Source: Octopus sinensis
Taxonomy: Eukaryota
Direction of reading: 5' to 3'
Assembly (NCBI RefSeq): GCF_006345805.1
Contig: NC_043011.1
Coordinates: forward strand, 47,380,464-47,444,463
DNA: 64,000 nucleotides
Below, piece by piece: positions 1 to 13,149 of this stretch. Numbering within the stretch: the first letter of the stretch is position 1; every line of letters begins with the position of its first letter. Position numbers and translations under genes: made by a program. The notes beneath the pieces were generated by a model. That model was not told the DNA's origin and searched no databases. It saw nothing but the letters and a program-made list of their open reading frames with translations.

Positions 1-451
1 ATATCTAAGTCCCAGGGGTATGCTGACATAATGTACATCTACCCTTACTGATTTATCGTTCAAATCCATATATTTGACTGGTAACATCTGAAATTCGAGC
101 CCAAACAAGACAAAATCAAGCCAGTCATAAGAATGGATAGACAAGGGTACAAATCTCACTTATTTGCAACTCTGAGATTGGTGAGATTGAACATCTGTCT
201 GTTAGAAATATTTCACCATTTCTTCCAACAGCAACAGTAACAACAACAGCAACACAATTTGTTTGCAGCTAAAGTTTAGAAACTACATGATGTTTAGCTG
301 GATTCAGAAGTTGACAGATTGGCATAAATAAGTACCAAATGTCTCAGTTTTGTACAGAAGTTCACTGAAGAAATTAGAGTGACATTAGTTCTATCTCTAT
401 ATGAATTATTTATATATTAAGATTTGAGGAATTTCAGAAACCTTATTGTTA

Positions 452-499
<48 letters not shown>

Positions 500-1196
500 C
501 ATCATTGTATTTTTTTTTTTTTGTAAACTGAGTCTTTGCATCAGCATATGTCACATTCTTAGTAATATAGTTTTTGACATGTTCTCCACATTTTTTTTTT
601 GAATGAGCTGAGATGCAAGAATTAAATCTGTCTACTGCCTTAACTAATAAGTAAACAAATATACAATACATCATTGCTGTTGTTTTTTTGTGGTTCAAAC
701 CCAGGCTAGTCCTGATATAGTTGGCCTTTAACAAAAGACATTCTATCATTTTCCTATGAACAGAGGACACAAAATTTACATTATCCAACACCTTTTTTAT
801 ATTAAGATGATAAGATGCTATTAGGGAGAGATTTAGCTACTATTTCTTGCAAGGCTGTCTATCACACAGAGATTCTATTTGTGAGGAGAACCATACTGAA
901 CTGAAGGTATTACAGAATTAAATCTCATTTCTCCACATTCTTAATCTGAATTCCATAATATTTGGCTTCACTGCTAAACAGTATTTCATAGCTAACAAAA
1001 TACATATCCTGTAGTTAATTCAAATATTATCTTAATTCAATTGACTACAATCCTTTCTCAAACATTTTGGAATTCTGCTAATGTTAGAAACATTGGTCTG
1101 TGTATAAGTATATGTAGATGTCTGTATGTGTGTATGCAGACAGACACACACACACACATATTTATAATACATACATACATACATGCATGCATGCAT

Positions 1197-1231
<35 letters not shown>

Positions 1232-1242
1232 CTGATATATAT

Positions 1243-1463
1243 TCTTTTACTTGTTTTAGTCATTTGACTGTGGCCATGCTGGAGCACCACCTTTAGTCAA
1301 ACAAATCAACTGCAGGACTAATTCTTTGTCAGCCTAGTACTTATTCTATTGGTGCCTTGTGCTGAACCACTAGGTTACAGGTATGTAAATACACCAATAT
1401 CGGTTGTCAAGCGATGGTTGGAGGGCAAACACAGACACACAAATACATACATGCATATATATT

Positions 1464-1499
<36 letters not shown>

Positions 1500-1636
1500 C
1501 TATGGGCTTCTTTTAGTTTCTGTCTATCAAATCCACCAACAAGGCTTTGGTCAGCTTGAGGCTATAGTAGAAGACACTTGCCCATGATGCCATGCAGTGG
1601 GATTGAAACTGGAGCCATGTGGTTGAGAAGCAAACA
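1243..1636 (-). mobile_element. SINE family A (tRNA-like head, internal CA/TA microsatellite, GACTGAAACAAGTAAAAGAG tail), degraded
   Basis: Colinear with about 20 other copies in the window; tail on the left as ttcttttacttgttttagtcatttgactg. Confidence 0.85.
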
Positions 1637-2854
1637 TTTATGATATATACCTATTTAAAACATATATATATATATTTAAGTGATGATGATGATTTATATA
1701 AATATATATATATATATATATACATATATATAATGCTTGTGTATACGCTTATACATATGTATATGCATATATGTCTACTTAAATATAAGTGTTCATGCGT
1801 ACACGTCTATATACATGCATGTGTATGCATATAGATATAGATATATGTATATGTATGTCTCTACGTATTTCTTCTTTTTCCAAGATATACCGAATTATCA
1901 TAATCAATACAGCATACTGATCAAGAGCCTCCCACACATGGCGTATAACTATGTTATTACATGTGTGTTTCCATGTGTTGCCCGTGACTTGCTGTGTCTG
2001 TATACTTGTATGTGTATCTGCATATACATATAATCGAAAGTAGGTTATGAACTTGTTTACGATGTTGCTTAACCTTAGTCTTCAGCTTTCACACCTATGA
2101 TTAAAATAAGACAATGCCAACCACTTCTCATTGGCTCATGATCACAGACAGTTTTTTTCATTGGCCTGTGACCACATAATATGTGACCACAGATATGCAA
2201 ATTTATAAAGGTCATGATTTATTTCAATTTGTTTCATATTTTAGTTAAGAATTTTATTTATTTACTTTTTTTTACCTCAAAGAACTTATATTTCCTCAGA
2301 GAGCAATATTCTCTAGTTTCTGAAGGAGTATATTTCAGAAATATTATCAGAATAGATTCTTGCGTTGCATCCACATCTCCATTTTGAGTAAAATCAATAG
2401 TGATGCATGAAATATTTTGAGGAACTTTATTACATTTTTTTATGTTCTGAGTTCAAATCCTGCCAAGTTCAACTTTATTTTTCATTTTTCTAGGGGTCAA
2501 TAAAATAAAGAACCAACCAAGTAGTTTATCAGTGCCATCAATTTTCATCCTACCCTCAAAACAGCTAGTCTTATGCCTAAATCAGAAACGCTATTATTAT
2601 TATTTTTTTTTTAACATGCCAGACAAAAGGCCTAGAGGTATTTCTTCCAGTTTTACATTCTGAGTTTAAATCATGCCGCGTTTGACTTTGCCTTTCATCC
2701 TTTCGACATAGATCAAAAAAGAATCCTTTGAGTAATGGGATCAATGTAATCAACTAGTCACCTCCACCAAAAATGTCAGGCCATGAGCCTGTAGAAGAAA
2801 GGATTCTTCTTCTTCTTCTTCTTCTTATTATTATTATTATTATTATTATCATCA

Positions 2855-3030
2855 AAGGTGGTGAGCTGGCAGAATCATTAGTGTTATTTTGTCTGTTGCT
2901 ACATTGTGAATTCAAATTCCTCCAAGATTGACTTTGTCTTTCATCCTTTCAGGGTCGATTAAATAAGTATCAGTTATACACTGGGGTTGATACAATTGAC
3001 TTAATCCCTTCCCCTGTATTCCCAGTAGAA
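2855..3030 (+). mobile_element. SINE family B (head GGCGAGCTGGCAGAA, central GACTTTGCCTTTCATCCTTTCGGGGTCGATAAA domain), truncated
   Basis: Matches other family B copies; central domain resembles conserved Deu/Nin/Meta-type SINE domains (family not resolved). Confidence 0.75.
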
Positions 3031-3061
3031 ATGATTATTATACTTATTATTATTATTATCA

Positions 3062-3124
<63 letters not shown>

Positions 3125-3514
3125 CATTATTATTATTTAATTTTTTGCTTTCTTTTCCTTTATTGAAGCTGATTTCTGAATTGACTGTAACTACTTTGAT
3201 GGTAAGGAAGCTTTTGTTTGGCATCTTTTTTGCCAACAAAGGAATTTAGAACATTTAGGTTTTCATGCCATTTGAGTATCTAAATCAGTAATTTGTGATG
3301 GAGAAGGTTTGTCCTTCTTACACACTTTTGATTTTATATATATATACACATATGTATTTGTAAACATGTTTATTAGCGATTTACTGTGGTTTCTTATGGA
3401 GAAACTTTTTGCCGTAAAAGGGAGGCAGCCATGAAAGGGAGAGCAATAAGTACGCCCACATAATTCTGAATGTTTAGAAATATGAGTAACAATTTTTCAC
3501 AGAAGGCCAGTAAT

Positions 3515-3700
3515 TTTAGGTGAAGGGGAAGTGAATTATATCAATTCTCAATATTTAGCTGGTAATTATTTTATTGGCCCCTCAAAAGGATGAAAGGCAA
3601 AGTCAGCTATCGCAGAATTTGAACTTTGAACATAAAGACAGATGAAATACTATTAAGCATTTTTCCTTGTGTGCTAACAACTCTGCCAGCTTGCCACCTT
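3515..3700 (-). mobile_element. SINE family B, degraded
   Basis: aaaggatgaaaggcaaagtc...ctgccagcttgccacc is the reverse complement of the family B head and core. Confidence 0.7.
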
Positions 3701-3703
3701 GAT

Positions 3704-4103
3704 ACTCTTTTACTCTTTTACTTGTTTCAGTCATTTGACTGCGGCCATGCTGGAGCACTGCCTTTAGTCGACCAACTCGACTCCGAGACTTATTCTTTTG
3801 TAAGCGCAGTACTTATTCTATCGGTCTCTTTTGCCGAACCGCTAAGTAATGGGGACATAAACACACAAGCATCGGTTGTCAAGCAATGCTATGGGGACAA
3901 ACACAGACACACAAGCACACACACGCATATACATATATACGACAGGCTTCTTTCAGTTTCCGTCTACCAAATCCACTCACAAGGCTTTGGTCGGCCCGAG
4001 GGCTATAGTAGAAGACACTTGCCCAAGGTGCCACGCAGTGGGGCTGAACCCAGAACCATGTGGTTGGTGAACAAGCTACTTACCACACAGCCACTCCTGC
4101 GCC
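3704..4103 (-). mobile_element. SINE family A, full length
   Basis: Complete head to tail, near consensus of the other copies. Confidence 0.9.
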
Positions 4104-5392
4104 TTGATGTTTGTAAATATGTTTTAAAAATCAGGTCTTTTAAAAATTAATAAAGAGGAATGAATAACAATTCAAATCAAGCAGACAGATGTAGGTTATC
4201 AGTGGACCTATGATTTCATGGCACATTTATGATGAGTAGAGTGTAAATGGATTATTTGTACGTTAGTCTATCTCAAAGGCCTTTGTATAACAGTGCATAT
4301 GACTTCGTCAAAAACACACATATATTTATATATAACAGGCTTCAGCACAATTTTAATCAACTGAATTTCACTCACAAGATATCAGTCAACCTGTGGTTGT
4401 AGATGACACTTAACTAAGGTGATGTGCAGTGAAACTGAAACCATTATCAGGAGACTGGGGAAAGAATTTCTTAACATCATGACCAAGCTGGTACCACAAT
4501 GGTATATTCCATACTTGTAGTTTTTCTATTATGATCAAGCTAATAAAGACTGATTAACTTTTAGCTAGATTTAGGCCTTGTTGTATCACAAAGAGAGGAG
4601 GTGATTTTTGCTACTAAAAAAGTTGATAGGCATTTGCACCAAACAGTATTTCTCCGAATGAAGTCAGGGATGAAGGATGGAGGAATCAATATTCTACAGG
4701 GTTATTCTAATGACACAAAACACTTAAGTTTGTGTGTGTGAGTGAGTGAGTAAATGTGTGTGTGTGTGCATGTGCACACATGTGGTTTGCTTCGTTTGTT
4801 CTCATTCATTTGGTTCATTAATGAGAATATTATTGTTAAGAGATCATATCTGTGTAACGAAACAAAGAACAACACCATGATCCTGATCATGATGATGATG
4901 ATGATCATCATCAGTAGTAGTAATAGTAAGTGTATGAAAGTATATCACCCACTCTTTTTCCTTTCATTCATTGGTGGCAGCCATGGGGGTGGTATGTGTG
5001 TATGGTAGGTCGATGAATCAGTGTGTAAATGTCAAATGTAGCCCCACCACTAAATATTGTATTGAAGAAGATAGATGTGTAGCACCATGAAATGTTAAAG
5101 TGTCTTTAATTCTAAAGACAATAATGGTAACAGACTATTCATCACAATGGAATATATTTGATGCCACATTGATATTCTGTTTGGTTATTGATGATAGTGA
5201 ATTATTGTTGTTATTTTATATATCATTTATTTATTAAATCAATAACAATTCATTGCATTTATCAGAGTTTTGTGTATGTGTGTGTGTGTGTGTGTGTGTG
5301 AGTGTATGATTAATTCAGAATGTAAGTTAAGATATAAATAAAGGGTATTATATCTAGTATTATATCTATACATTCACACATGTACCTGCATC

Positions 5393-5423
<31 letters not shown>

Positions 5424-5462
5424 ATACATGATGTACTTCTTTAACCTTTTCCTGGTTCATGG

Positions 5463-5529
5463 TATTAGGATACACGAGGGCAGTATATCTATATATATAT
5501 GTAACCTACTATATTTATACATACATACA

Positions 5530-5567
<38 letters not shown>

Positions 5568-5659
5568 CATATATATATATATTATATATACATATATATG
5601 TTTGTATGTATGTATAAATATAGTAGATTACATATATATAGATATTGCCCTCGTGTATC

Positions 5660-5665
<6 letters not shown>
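5463..5665. repeat. 20-bp perfect inverted repeat flanking a TA-rich spacer (MITE-like)
   Basis: tattaggatacacgagggca (5463-5482) is the exact reverse complement of tgccctcgtgtatcctaata (5646-5665). Confidence 0.8.
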
Positions 5666-5728
<63 letters not shown>

Positions 5729-5877
5729 CATAAAAATATATATATTTACATATATATAAAGCTTTGATATGCTATGACAAAAGATTGGTCCAGGACATGT
5801 CTAATTAATAGCACCACCTGATAGGATTATCTATTTATCTATATATCTATACACACACACACACACACACACACACG

Positions 5878-5937
<60 letters not shown>

Positions 5938-6284
5938 CAAAGAATAATGGGGGTCTAGTTCACTGATTATCTAAATGAACAGGTATGCTGAGTAAGTGCT
6001 ACAATTGGTCAATTGGTCATCATTTAGGTTTGAAGTTCACAGCTGAGGCTGGAGCTATGGATCCACATTAGGCTTCTATGCTACCAGGTATATATTCCCC
6101 TAATATGATATATATATATATATATATATATATTGTTTAGAATTATCTCTTCATTTAATAATAAAAGTTTTGATAATTTTTATAAAAACAGAAATAATAA
6201 TACTATTACAGATAATGATCTAGCTAGAAATTGTGCTTGCAGATATAAGGATAAATATTATTTTAATAATTTTTACTTACAGAA

Positions 6285-6656
6285 TAATAGTACATAGATG
6301 TAAGTTGGATTCAGAATGACAAAAAATATTTTCACATAGGGTCAATGGAAAATTTTATTGAAAAGCGAATTGCAAAACATGAGTACACAATTAGGAATAG
6401 AGATAGGTTTAAGAACACTAGTCTAGATAAACTAACTTGGAAATTGAAGGACAGTAAGAAATTATATGACATAAAATGGAAAATTCTTAGTCATACTAGA
6501 TTATACAAAATTAATAATGCTAGACTTATCTTATGTATAGATGAACTGTATCAGATATTAACATCTAAGAAAAAATTAATTTATGAAAGAAATGAGAATG
6601 TTCTATCTTGTACACACTATTCTAAATATGTGTTTAAAAAATTCCATTTCACATAA
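6285..6656 (+). pseudogene. Penelope-like element GIY-YIG endonuclease relic
   Basis: IVHRCKL, frameshift, then KYFHIGSMENFIEKRIAKH...TSLDKLTWKLKD...IKWKIL...LCIDELYQIL...ERNENVLSCTH, resembling the PLE C-terminal GIY-YIG domain. Confidence 0.65.
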
Positions 6657-6980
6657 AAGTTCCCATGTGGTGCCATGTCAAATCCCCCATGAGGCACCAT
6701 GTAAAAGCACCCATGCAGTGCCACATAAAAGCACCCATGTGATGCCACATAAAAGTTCCCATGTGGTGTCATGTGAAAGCGTCCATGTGGCATCATATAA
6801 AAAGCACCTGTGCAGTACCACATAAAATCACACATGTGTTGCCATGTAAAAGCTTCCACATGGTTTCATGTAAAAAGCAACCATGTCGCACCAAGTAAAA
6901 GCTCCCATGTGGCACCATGTAAAAGCACCCATGTGTAACCTCGTAAAAACACCCATGCAGGGCCACATAAAAACACCCAG
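6645..6980. repeat. About 24-bp tandem minisatellite (approx. CCATGTGGTGCCATGTAAAAGCAC), roughly 13-14 degenerate units
   Basis: Visible periodicity; gives the 8-aa repeat ORFs (HGCFYVAL-like) in the track. Confidence 0.85.
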
Positions 6981-7130
6981 CACACTCTGTAAAGGGATTG
7001 GTGTTACAAAGGGCATCCAGCCATAGAAACCACACCAAATCAGACTGGAGTCTGATGCAGCTTGCCAGCTCTAGTCACACCATCCAACGTATGCCAGCAT
7101 GGACCATAGATGTTAGATGGTGATGATGAG
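6980..7130 (+). mobile_element. Family D, RTE-like retroposon 3' tail (AAGGGCATCCAG...CCAGCATGG...GATGATGAT)
   Basis: Shared with copies near 13975, 20385, 22690, 36668 and 48075; ends in (GAT)n. Confidence 0.7.
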
Positions 7131-7399
7131 GATTAGTGTAAATAGAAGGATTCTATTCTTCCAAGTTATAGATATTTTTCATCAAGATATATTCCTTGAA
7201 TCAGAATCTTAGAAACCAACTAGCTGTGGTATTGACATGTAATGCTCTAAAATGGCTTCCTTGTTTTGCCAGAAATTATATATCTATTATTGTTAGAAAT
7301 ATATTAGGGTTAATCTCCTAGAATATTCTGGGGAAAGTTTAGCATTACACTTTGAGCAAATATGATAGTTCATCACAAATATTTCCTGATATTTCTATG

Positions 7400-8800
7400 C
7401 TGGATACATTATCCTACCAAGATGTTGGGCTGTGCAGCAGTTGGAATGTAGGATAAAACACCTGCAGTATTGAGCTAAAGTTGATGATGATCTGAGTTCA
7501 AATGTCACTGAGTTCAACTTTAAATTTCACCCTCCCAGAGTCAATAATGTACAAATGAAGTATTGGTGTCAATTCCAACAATGCATCCTTGATCCGAATG
7601 GAATCATACATAATAGGAGCTATTTCACACAGGGACCAGATCATCTGAGGAATGTTACTGAGAATAGAGAGCAGACCATTCTGTCTAGGCAACAATAAAT
7701 TTTATATCACATTCGAGTGCAGTATTAGACCAATAAGAGCAAGGATTGAATCAATATTAGATTTTGATAAATGTATCCCAGGTATATTCATATTCAAGGC
7801 AATCACAAATGTTTGTGGATGGAGACAGGACCATTCTTGGATCCAAAGAAGTATCTTCTTACTTTCAACAATTGATCAACCTCCTTTTAGATACAGCACG
7901 TCTCCCATGAGGAGACTATATTCTTTGCATCTCAACAATACAAACCTATGAATATAGATTTGATTTGCAGTTTAATTACCTGACCCCAACTGATCATTTG
8001 GCATGTCTATTGACTGACAGCAGTAGTAGCTGATATGGTAACAACAGAATGATCAACTGCACTTCTTCAGGAATTTCTAATAACCAGTTAGTTGCTAGGC
8101 TTACACAGCGATAAACAGGCATTTCATCAACAGCTTATGAATCAGTATTTGAAACAGCAGTTTTTCTAAGATCTGGCAATGATTCAAGATGACACAATGC
8201 ATATACTGGAGGCACATGGCCTAGTGGTTAGAACAGTGGACTTGCGGTCGGGGGATCGCGGGTTCGAACCTCAGACCGGGCGATGTGGGTGTTTATGAAC
8301 GAAATACCTAAGCTCCACGTGGCTCCGGCAGAAGGTAATGGTGAACCTCTGCTGACTCTTTCGCCATGACCTTCTCTCACTCTTTCCTCCTGCATCTTGG
8401 TGCTCACCTGCTACGGACTGGCGTCCCGTCCAGGTGGGGAACCTATATGCCAAGGAAACCAGGAAACCGGTCCTTATGAACCACACATGGCTCGAGAAGG
8501 AACAAACAACAAAAAAAATACACATACCGATAGAATAAGTACTGGGCTTACAAAGAATAAGTCCCGGGGTCGATTTGCTCGACTAAAGGCGGTGCTCCAG
8601 TATGGCCGCAGTCAAATGACTGAAACAAGTAAAAAGAGTAAAAAGAGTATACTGGCTTTCACCTACAGCCTAAATCCACTGTGCCACAGGCAGCTCTTCC
8701 AAAAGCTAACACAACTCAGTAGTGATACATCAAATATAGCTGTACAGAACAACCACAGTTTCAATAATAGCCGATCAAATTACTAGTAATATGACCTTAG
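7400..8800 (+). pseudogene. Highly decayed Gypsy LTR-retrotransposon pol relic (RNase H to integrase), split by a SINE
   Basis: Frameshifted motif-like pieces in pol order: DVG-AVQQ, PMRRLYSLHL / MNIDLICSL, VADMVTTE..TALLQEFL..LHSDKQAFHQQL, and after the SINE TGFHLQP (TAYHPQ-like); many stops. Confidence 0.4.
8208..8647 (+). mobile_element. Chimeric SINE: full family C (tRNA-like head GGAGGCACATGGCCTAGTGGTTAG, tail GAAGGAACAAACAACAA) fused to the family A 3' part
   Basis: One TSD, tatactgg, at 8202-8209 and 8648-8655 brackets both parts. Confidence 0.85.
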
Positions 8801-9859
8801 TTACTACTAAACAAAGGAACAACACTGGCAGATGACCTTTACAGCCAGCAGTTTTTCACAGTGAAAACTTTCTATAAACTATATTACTTTTCTTCCTTGC
8901 ATTTAGATTCCACTTTCAGCATGTCCTGGCAAGGATGTAAACTCATACGTATATATATTCTTCAAAATGTCACTGTACATACATGTCTCACATTTATTGC
9001 ATAGCCGAAATATATCACACATATGTGCATGTATGTTCATATACATATAGATACAATAATATACATATACATATCGACATACAGAAGCTATTGATTACCA
9101 AAACGAACACTGTGTTCTCGTGCTATGTTCATTTCTGTATTCAATAATCACATTTCCCCATTTTTCATATATTCTTCTTGTTGAAAATAAGTCCCTTTTA
9201 TTTCTCATGCTTATTTATTTATTTTTGGTGTCCATCAGGCTTGTCACATCTAAACTAATTTATTGTCAAGTTGAGAATATATTTCCTCCTTCTTCGAGAA
9301 TAGAACAAAAGTGTATTTTATTCTGCTTTTTGTCTTTTGGATGAGTTATATTTTCCACAGATTCTTAGTGCAAGCAAGATCCTATACATAATTGCTTAGT
9401 CAGCTAGAAATAAGAACAGAATCCCCTCTGGATCACATCATTATTTTTAAAATGGGGAAGAAACGTTAGGTGATGTTGTCTTTATTGTCAAGTAAGAGAC
9501 ACAATGGGACACTGTTTCAACATGTGGTTGAATACAGTGGTGGACTGGTCAGGTTGCCAGCTTGCCCAATGGCAAGTAGGCTCTTGCGCCATTAGAATCG
9601 ATTTATGAGGGCCCATGTTAGTATCTAAGGGGCCCATCCCCTCATGTTTGAGAATTTTTTTATTCACTCCTGGAATTAATTATTTCAGCCTGGTTGTGTT
9701 TGTAGACAGTTGAAAAGAGTATTTTCAAAAAAAAAAAAAAAGAAATTAAATGATAGCATTGTAGTTGTGGGTGAGCCCCCTTAGTCTCCTGGCAACCAAT
9801 ATTTTTAGCTCTAGTCTGCCGCTGTATGTATGTATGTATGTATATGCATGTGTGTGTTT

Positions 9860-10071
9860 GTGTGTCTGTGTTTGTCCCCCTAGCATTGCTTGACACCGAT
9901 GCTGGTGTGTTTACATCCCTGTCTCTTAGCGGTTCGGCAAAAAGAGACCGATAGAATAAGTACTGGGCTTACAAAAGAATAAGTCCCGGGGTCGAGTTGC
10001 TCGATTAAAGACAGTGCTCCAGCATGGCCACAGTCAAATGACTGAAACAAGTAAAAGAGTAAAAGAGTAAA

Positions 10072-10072
<1 letters not shown>
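9860..10072 (+). mobile_element. SINE family A, 3' half
   Basis: gtgtttgtccccctagcattgc...gactgaaacaagtaaaagagtaaaagag. Confidence 0.85.
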
Positions 10073-10104
<32 letters not shown>

Positions 10105-10719
10105 CACATATACATGCATAAAAGTACATATGTATATAATGTAAATATCTATGTGTATGTGTCTGTGTTTGTGCCTGTCCTCCATGTCTGTTTGACAACC
10201 AATGTTGGTTTGTTTATGTCCCTGTTATTTAGTGCTTTAGCAAAAAGAGACTGATACAGTAAGTACCAAGTTTAAAAAATTAGTTTTGGGATTGATTTGT
10301 TCAGCTAAAACCTTCTAGGCAGTTCTCCAGCATGGCCATTGTTCAATGACTGGAGCAAGTAGGGGGAGATACCTCTGAAATGATAGTATGGACATGACTG
10401 GAATATCTTCGATAACAAGGCTGTTTGTCTAAGGCTCACTTGAGGTCAAACAACCAAGTCCATGATTTTCCTTTTCCGTCCTTGAATGAATAAAATCCAA
10501 ATTTACATTCATTCACCTCCCATAACTATTTGAATAGAAAACTGAGAAATACTAAATTAATTATAGTCCAACAATCCAGCTGGACAACACCTACCATCTC
10601 AGAAAACACCCGCTAAATATTTGTTTATAATTCTATTAAAACTAAGAAATTCATTCCAGAAATGTAACATAACAGAACTGTGTGTAGTAGCTATGACTAT
10701 GCGTGAGAGAGAGAGAGAG

Positions 10720-10780
<61 letters not shown>

Positions 10781-11819
10781 GAGAGGGGGTAGAAGAGGGA
10801 GAAGGTAGAGGAGAGGGGGAGAAAGTCATATACTAAAACCGATTTTGATCTTTGTACAAGAAAAACCAATTTGTTTAGCAGATTTATATTAGCTGCTGAC
10901 ATCAGAAAAATATTAGCAGTTAATTGAGTGATTCAACTTGTAGTATGGGTGAAAGAAAAAGAAAAGGAAGAAGATGAAGAAATGGTGGGTGGGGTGAGGA
11001 AAGGGAGAAAAATCAATTTTTGGTAGCATATATTCCCTCAGCTTCTGTGAATTCTATTAACTGCTGTCATTTGATACCCTGAATTAATTGTATGTGATTT
11101 CCTAAAAAACATGAAAGTTAATGAGTGTATTTGATCTCAAAAATTAAATGCTTATAAAAATAAAATAAAATAAAATAAACAAATACGATTCAACGACGAT
11201 GACAACAACAACAACAACAACAACAGTAGCAGCGGCAACAACAACCTGATAAACATTGGTTTGTCTGCCACATCTAGAGAAATGTCTATAGAAAAGATAT
11301 TTAAAAATAAAAGAAAGTGAAAAAATATATTGAAGGGGTTATGTATAGGTATAGTGATGCTATGTGTTTGATAGAGCAAAGATTACGATATGAAAATCAA
11401 TTAATCAATGGTATTTATGAAAAAGAAATTGAAAACAAAATTCAATAATAATTTAATAGACAGGCACCAGGTGACACTTTTGTAGTAGGTGATGCATGCA
11501 AATCTATTTGTTAGGAATGGCTAAAGTCTATTGAATTAAAATGGAAGCGAGCATAACTGTGTGGCATGGAAGCTTGCATTGCAACTATGCTGTGTTCCAT
11601 GTTCAATCTCAAAGCACAGCACCTTGGCAAATGTCTCCTACAAAAATATCAATTTGAACTTGTAATTTTTTAATTGGAAATTTGTAGAAGGAAACTGTAT
11701 AGAAGCTTATTAGTTTTCATCTTGTTTGTATGTTTTGTCTGCTAAATTCTGAGTCCTTTTCATTGTCATGTCTGTCACCATAGTGATATGAACTGACACT
11801 ACTGGAGAAGTAGTACCTA

Positions 11820-12235
11820 TTTCTTTACTATCCACAAGGGGCTAAACATAGAGTGGACAAACAAGGACAGACAAACAGATTAAGTCGATTATATCGACCC
11901 CAGTGCGTAACTGGTACTTATTTAATCGACCCTGAAAGAATGAAAGACAAAATCAACCTCGGCAGAATTTGAACTCAGAACATAGCGGCAGACGAAATAC
12001 CAATTTCTTTACTACCCACAAGGGGCTAAACACAGAGGGGACAAACAAGGACAGACAAACAGATTAAGTCGATTATATGGACCCCAGTGCGTAACTGGTA
12101 CTTATTTAATCGACCCTGAAAGGATGAAAGGCAAAGTTGACCTCGGGGGAATTTGAACTCAGAACGTAGCAGCAGACAAAATACCGCTAAGAATTTCACC
12201 CAGTGTGCTAACAATTCTGCCAGCTTGCTGCCTTG
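11820..12235 (-). mobile_element. SINE family B, head-to-tail dimer
   Basis: Two core-plus-tail units and one head; junction at about 12000. Confidence 0.85.
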
Positions 12236-13058
12236 CTAGAAAAGTAATACCAGGAAGTTATTTCCAAAACTATGCCACTTTGATTTTCACTACTAAATTT
12301 CTAGCACATACAGCATCCTACAGTTATTGCTCTTGAGAAGAAGACCCATGAAGCTGAGCAAAATCATGGTTGTGGCAGATAGCAGTGTCACACAAATAGC
12401 ACCCATGCTGGGGGCATGTAAAAGCACTTATTACTCCCTCAGAGTGATTGGCATTAAGAAGGGCATCCAACCATAGAAAACATGCCACATGTGATTGGAT
12501 TTCGGTGCAGCCTTCCAGCCCATACTTCCTTGTGGTTGGTCCATTGGAAATCAACAATCCTATTAGTCACCATCAGTCACCAATTGCAATAAAAAGAATA
12601 TGAATGAATAAATAAGTCTTTTATATATGAAATATAAATAATTTGTAATAATTACAGCTAACAAATAAATATATAATTAATGTCATGTATTAATAAACAT
12701 AATTATGGTTACATATAGAATAATAATTTCTAAGTTTCTAACTGCTAAAAAGTATAGAAATATAAGGCAAAGGCAAAGTTAATTAAGTAAAAATTAAGTT
12801 CTTGCATAGGTAGTATGTAAATTTCTCTCAGATCATACAATAAACTCATAAAAATAAGGAGTGTATGACTTCAAAATGAGAAGACTGAATCGTCATAGAT
12901 AAAATAACTGCTTGATTGTAGTTGACCTGGGGCTAAAAAAATAACACCACCAATGACACAAGGAAAAATTAAAACAGAACTAAAAGGTAAGTAATTATAT
13001 ACTGCCAAACATTTTCTCCAATGTTATGTCCATGTTCTAATCCTACCATCCATCTTTT

Positions 13059-13105
<47 letters not shown>

Positions 13106-13149
13106 CATACATATACATATATTATGTACATATGTACATATATATATAT

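Noticed and set aside
3626-4150. 174-aa ORF and the recurring peptides MSSNARGTNTDTQT, FQSFDCGHAGA and EDTCPRCHAVGLNPEP
   Set aside because: They are read-throughs of SINE family A copies and recur wherever the SINE occurs
6645-6980. CRISPR-like regular repeat array
   Set aside because: Units are contiguous and degenerate with no unique spacers; eukaryotic context and no cas genes
8208-8280. tRNA gene (also at the heads of other SINE copies)
   Set aside because: A- and B-box-like head continues into a SINE body; no complete cloverleaf
12940-12992. Plus-strand ATG exon MTQGKIKTELK|gtaagt
   Set aside because: Good donor only; no partner exon or homology, so chance cannot be excluded
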